DNA of 61,014 bases from Paramecium tetraurelia (Eukaryota). Position 1 is the stretch's first letter. Each line of letters begins with the position of its first letter. Shown in pieces: positions 55,606 through 61,014 of this stretch. The stretch spans positions 310,001-371,014 of the forward strand of contig CT868651.1 of assembly GCA_000165425.1 (NCBI GenBank). The letters are read 5' to 3'. The position numbers and the translations under genes were made by a program. Below the pieces are notes generated by a model, which was given only the letters and a program-made list of their open reading frames with translations, was not told where the DNA came from and made no database searches.

Positions 55606-57394
55606 CATTATAAGTTATTAATATAATTACACTTATATTGTATTGTTGCTAGCCTACCTAGACCTTCCGTCTAGCCAAAGCGATATCGCTTGTCCAATCT
55701 TTTAGTACATGAGTTAAAAATAATAAAACGATTAAATAAATTCGCAATGACGAACTAATCTTGAATAAAGTCAAGGATAAATGCATTTAGATGAAAAAGG
55801 ATTGGTCATTGAATGAAATTATTCGACACCTTGGATCACCTTGAAGAGTATAACCACAGATAGATTTGACACAATAATGTTTTTAAATATAAAGATAAAA
55901 CACATCTTTGATAGAAGCAAGCTTTTATAAAAGTAATTTGAATGAGTATGTTTAGAAAATGTAGATTATGATAACTCTCAACAAACAAAGATGTCAATCA
56001 ATATTTTCTGCAAGATTATTTTCAGCACCAAAACCAAATCAAAGAAGCAATCCTTGAAATTCTGTTTTGTTTAATCTATCAGGGAAATCCTTGAATAGTT
56101 TCTATTTCGTTTTAAATTTAGATTTTGGTGGAGTCTTTTTTCGAAAGATTATAAGTTAAATCTGGAATCCATTCTTGCGGCATTTAACATAATTCTAATT
56201 GAGCCTCTAGAAATGGTTCTATAGCTATGAATAGCTTTGCTGTGTTAGCATATTAAATCCGATGATAATAATCTGTTGAATGTGATCTAAATCCCTAGGT
56301 TGAGAAAAAGGGTTTATAACTTTAAATAATAAATATAAAAATCAAATAAATGAATTAAATTCATTGTGATTATTAATGCACGCAATTATAATGTCTGGAG
56401 TTATCTAAATCAATGGATTCAAACTGAATAATTTCCACATTCTCATCTTGCGAGATCTGAAAAATGCGTTACAATGCTAGTGCTGCTAGATGTTTATTCG
56501 AATTATCGAATTAACTAAATTAAGTAACGTAAGAATATTAAAATCAATCCTGGTTAGTCATCTACTTCAATAATATTGGCTTTGATATATCTAGATTAAT
56601 AAAATGTTGATTTGCAAATGTAATTCAAACTCTTAATAGAGGTTTAGTAAAAACTAGTATCATTCATAAGTAGGATTACTTATCTCTCTGCAATTATTTT
56701 TATGAATATATCTATCATTATTGCTAAGTCAATACCATCTCTGCTTAGATTGCCGTGCTCTCTTTGAGACTTAATTAATTTTTCATAGTTCGCTTTTATT
56801 CTGGATCAATTATTATCTAGATGTTACAAGTTCATACATACACTAAAATCATAATTGAGAGCAATACCTACACTGCAGAAAACATTATATATAGTTTGTG
56901 CATTCTTAGTCTTCAATTGTTTACAATTTTATTTCATATTAGTTATGTATTATTTTAGAATTATGCCTTTAATGTATGAATTGAAACAAAAAAATAAATT
57001 ATTATGATATTTGATAAAAAGTTAGAAATCAAGGATTCATCGAGGGACTAGTTTATTTTATGTATAGTATTAAATGAATGAGGAAATTGTGTTTCTCATA
57101 AACTCAAGTTTCTCTTTTTATTAAAGAGGATCTTTAAGATACAGAATAATCCAAAATTATTAAAGGTTAATCCAAGTGAGAATACATTCACGCAAACTTA
57201 CGCAATTTATTTATGAGTTCAATTAGAAAATTAATTCAACATAAATGAGGTGAAAATATATTAGCACCTAATTAATTATTTCAATATTTTACATTGAAAT
57301 TGTCTATCAAATTGTATTGTATTTATATAAATTAACAATAAATAAAATTTAATTAATTCTTTATATTAATAATTATATATGTTATTAATTCTTT

Positions 57395-58172
57395 TCAAAC
57401 GTTTTGATTATATTTGGGGAACTAGAGTTTATATTATAGATATACTTAATAACTTGATAAACAATATTGACTTGATGTGTATGTTTAAGTTTGGCCACCA
57501 TGGTACTTTGGATCTCTCATTTTGACTTATATTCCATTTACAATTAGGATTGATTTAATTTCAAAAGGAATATTTCTAACTTAGCTTGTTTGATTTCCAT
57601 TACAAATTCTCCAAACTTCTCCTTAAAAATTGCAATCACTATAAAATTCTACACAAGGCTAGAAAATCTCTAAAGTGAATCTCTTAGCCCCCCAAGCCTC
57701 TAACTTAAAAAATTATAATACCATTATCTACATCCTCATCAAAGTGACCTTGTAAAGTTAATTTCAATGACGTTTTTCCTTATGGTAAATTAAAATTATA
57801 TGATTTCGAATAGAACATATCTTGATAGCCAGAATTGAAACACATATTAGTTCCCAAGTTAGCAGCGTAACTAACAGTATCTATAACTACATCATTTACT
57901 AAGACTTGTAAGTAATCATAACCTGCATCCCAACTATCGAGTTTTACACCTGTGAAATTAAAACGAAACTTGAGCCCTAGTATATTATTATTGAATTATA
58001 ATGATATTTGCTCCGAACATGAAAATCGGCCTTTAAATAAAGTTCCTGCGCAATCTGCTACCCTATTTGACCAATCGTTATTGTAACAATCACCACTTTG
58101 AGCATCCATACAATTTTGATAAAAGAGGATTGGATAGAGAAACAGAATTTTTATGAATGAAACCTCAGGCAT
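57395..58172 (-). CDS. Small probably secreted protein: ciliate DSWD..EAWG beta-domain plus beta/gamma-crystallin-like C-terminal domain
   Basis: Hydrophobic N-terminus, then KLDSWD..NEAWG, then CVEFYSDCNFQGEVWRIC..IKSILIVNGIQVKMRDPKYHGG. Two introns (22 and 24 nt) restore the frame to TGA at 57397-57395. Confidence 0.8.
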
Positions 58173-58400
58173 TAAATTTCAATTTGAATTTATTAATAAT
58201 TATTAAACATATTACTCACAAAATATCATATCTAATTATCTAATTGAAGATAGTAGGTGTATAAATATTTAATAAATAAAGTAATTCCTGTTATAAATTT
58301 ATATTGATTGACTTTGAAGGAGATGAAAAGACACTTTGAGTTTAGGGACAGTGAAAAATGTTAGCGTTTTGAGAATATTATCCGATTCAAGAATCACATC

Positions 58401-58470
58401 GTGCCTACTAGTAAGATTAGACCAAGACAAGTGCCTACTGCCAATGACAAGTGCCTACTGCCAATGACAA
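58401..58470. repeat. Short 20-bp tandem repeat
   Basis: GTGCCTACTGCCAATGACAA occurs twice at 58431-58470, preceded by a related unit GTGCCTACTA...GACAA at 58401-58430. Confidence 0.9.
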
Positions 58471-59783
58471 GGAGATTACCATTTAAGATTAACATTGTAA
58501 ATGCAATGATGCATTAAAATAATAAGTAAATTAAATAGATTACCTAATTCAAGCTTTCTTTAGTCAATATTAGCCTTAAATCAGAATATTAAGTTTTGAA
58601 TATTCGATTTTCAATTATTCATGTTTTCTTTCTTTTAGAGAAATTCTGCTTTCTATGTTCATTTTTTTTGAATTTCCTTTTTAATATTGACGATCTTGCT
58701 ATTTTATTGAGTCAAAGAAAATTCTAGGAACTCTGAAAATAAAAGTTATCATATTATTTTACTTGAATTTATAATATAAACTACAATATCATTCAAGATT
58801 GAAATGATATTCAATTTGAAAATAATAATAAAATAACAAACTATTATAATCAGAGAAGGTTCAACTAATATATGGATTATCCTCAATCTGTATTTAAAAA
58901 CAAAATTATCAATAATTAAGATATTTATCTATATTTTATTAATAATAAATGTTTTTAGTTTTTTTGCAATTAAAATATTATTATGGGGGGATTTTAATAT
59001 AATTTGAAAAAATAAACTTCTTTATTTAGATGGAGATTCTAACAAATTTTAGTATTAATACATTTTAAAGTAAGATATAGCAAATCTTTACAAACTGGCT
59101 TTAGTTAAGAAAATTATTTCTTTTTATTTTTGGTTTTAATTTATTTATTCTAAATTAGAATTCTTCCTCGTGTGCAAAGCTTATAATTAAATTTTTGCAT
59201 TACTCCCAACTATTGTATTACTTTTCAAGGTAGCAAAAATTTATCAAATACTTAAACCGATGGGGAAACTAGGACATACTTCAAAAAATATCATTTAATC
59301 CTTGCTATTTTTGTCACGCTTTTTTCACTTTAATTGCATCACTGTTTATCAGAGACCGGATAAATTTATTGCCTCAAGTTATTCGAATGTTGATCTCATT
59401 ACACAGTATTAAAGCAAAAGGATCTAATCTATCTCTTAGATGAGGTTGATTTTGCAAGTTCGAGTATTTTTTATTTTATTGCTTACCTCTAGACCAACAA
59501 TAATTTTCAATCTCTTTTGTTGCATAATTTTTCCTTGTGAAAGAACCTAATAAATGTGAGGTTTGGTCTAGAACAAACCCTAAATAATAATTTTTGATGA
59601 TAAATCATATGTCATTGTCGACAGCCCCTCATCTTCGTAAGGTCGACACTTACATTACAGGAGTGTTTGAATATTATGTATTTATCAATTGCTTTGGCAC
59701 ACAATGGACATATCATTAGTTGGTCTAAGGCGATCCTGGCGAATCCAATAGAATTTAGTGAGCTTATTTCATAATCTACAACA

Positions 59784-59933
59784 NNNNNNNNNNNNNNNNN
59801 NNNNNNNNNNNNNNNNNNNNNNNNNNNNNNNNNNNNNNNNNNNNNNNNNNNNNNNNNNNNNNNNNNNNNNNNNNNNNNNNNNNNNNNNNNNNNNNNNNNN
59901 NNNNNNNNNNNNNNNNNNNNNNNNNNNNNNNNN
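59784..59933. other. Assembly gap (150 N)
   Basis: Run of N bases. Confidence 1.
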
Positions 59934-60237
59934 GAGATGTGGGCTTACTACGTAGTGGGCACTGTTATTGTCCCGACTCAACCGAAAAACTCTTGAGGCA
60001 TTCTTGGTGATCGAACGTCACTCTCTTCAAATTCTACTTCTATCTCTCTACTCTTGGGATATTAACTTCCTTCCGAGAAGCTAGCCTCGACCAGGCCCTA
60101 TGGAGGACCATCTTTTCCAATTCAAGCGGTGGGAACTCCTACTATCCGGGGACTCCCTTCCGAAATAAAAGTTAACTTAATTTTTTTTTTGATTGAATAT
60201 CAAATTATATGGTCATAACCACAACTTAAATTAACTG

Positions 60238-61014
60238 ACAGAGCTTAAGAACTCCCAAAAACAGTAATTGCGAAGGATAGACAAGAAACACTGTTCAATG
60301 TTTTCCTTCATAAATTCTCTACATATTAGCACAGATTTGTTTGTAAGAAAAGAAGTGTTGAAATAGAGGTGGATGTAGAGAAAGTAATATTAATGTAGTC
60401 AGATTTTATAAGAAACACTCAGATCTCAAAAATAAAAATACTATGGATATGATACTACACTCAGCAAAATAATTTGAAGCAATGACATGTGGCATAATGG
60501 AAAAAGCAGATAAAATAAGTAGTATCAGCTTTGAATATATATTGACTATACATACATTCTACTACATAGTGAGTAGAATTTGACAAAAATCTCTCTACAG
60601 ACCAAACAACTACAATGAAATGAAGGTACTAATCTGGAGAAAATAATAACAAGCCACAACTCGCGTTAAACAACTTTTGAAACAAGTAGACCAAACTTCT
60701 AGTTATAAATTCGAATTGCATTATTATACTTCAGTTAAATGATTTAAAAGTTACAAAAGTATAAAAGATATTACTAACATTTCTTGTAACCTTATTAAAT
60801 AGTTACTGCACTAGCAAAAATATAAACAGCTATAAATTTATAAACACATAGGATGATAGACAAACACACACTTAAGTTTGAATCAAAAGCACATTTTTGC
60901 AAGGACTTATGGAGTATGCATTGGGAAGACTGAAAAGAAAGCTGAAATTAAACTAGAGGTCTTGCCATATTCATAACAAAACTGCATCAATTCACACAAT
61001 ATGCACAATTAGAA
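60238..61014 (+). pseudogene. Degenerate coding-like sequence
   Basis: Stretches of protein-like codons broken by several in-frame TGAs and a frame change. No recognisable domain. Confidence 0.3.

Noticed and set aside
55620..57300. Additional genes between the TPR gene and the crystallin-like gene
   Set aside because: Only short TGA-interrupted frames with no recognisable motifs.
191..59981. Supplied standard-code ORFs as genes (e.g. 191-484, 10062-10502, 18687-19091, 44835-45152, 52740-52949)
   Set aside because: Most are antisense or off-frame shadows of code-6 genes. The Asn/Lys-rich ones come from misreading TAA/CAA glutamine runs.
59934..60170. Possible structured RNA gene (snRNA, SRP, telomerase RNA, tRNA)
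   Set aside because: No diagnostic motif recognised by eye. I also saw no tRNA, rRNA or telomeric repeat tracts anywhere in the window.

Overview
This is AT-rich eukaryotic DNA from a ciliate macronucleus, almost certainly Paramecium. Genes read through TAA/TAG as Gln (code 6) and stop only at TGA, and they carry tiny 22-32 nt GT..AG introns. The supplied standard-code ORF track is therefore mostly fragments or antisense artefacts. I translated the window by hand. From 1 to 48.4 kb about 26 genes are tightly packed: an ankyrin protein, a MORN-calpain fusion, Wee1, LITAF, PNO1, a large TSET/TTRAY (TWD40-1)-like coat protein with a LamG insertion, a NEK kinase, a WD40 protein, COG3, two more MORN proteins, a RING-H2 ligase, a calcyphosin-like EF-hand protein, a hybrid histidine kinase, an aspartic protease, an epiplasmin, a divergent ADP/ATP carrier and several hypothetical proteins. 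From 48.4 to 61 kb the sequence is gene-poor and decayed. It holds a 31-intron TPR gene built as one repeat per exon, a crystallin-domain gene and a 150-N gap. Gene ends and splice sites are manual predictions. Family assignments come from remembered motifs, not database searches.
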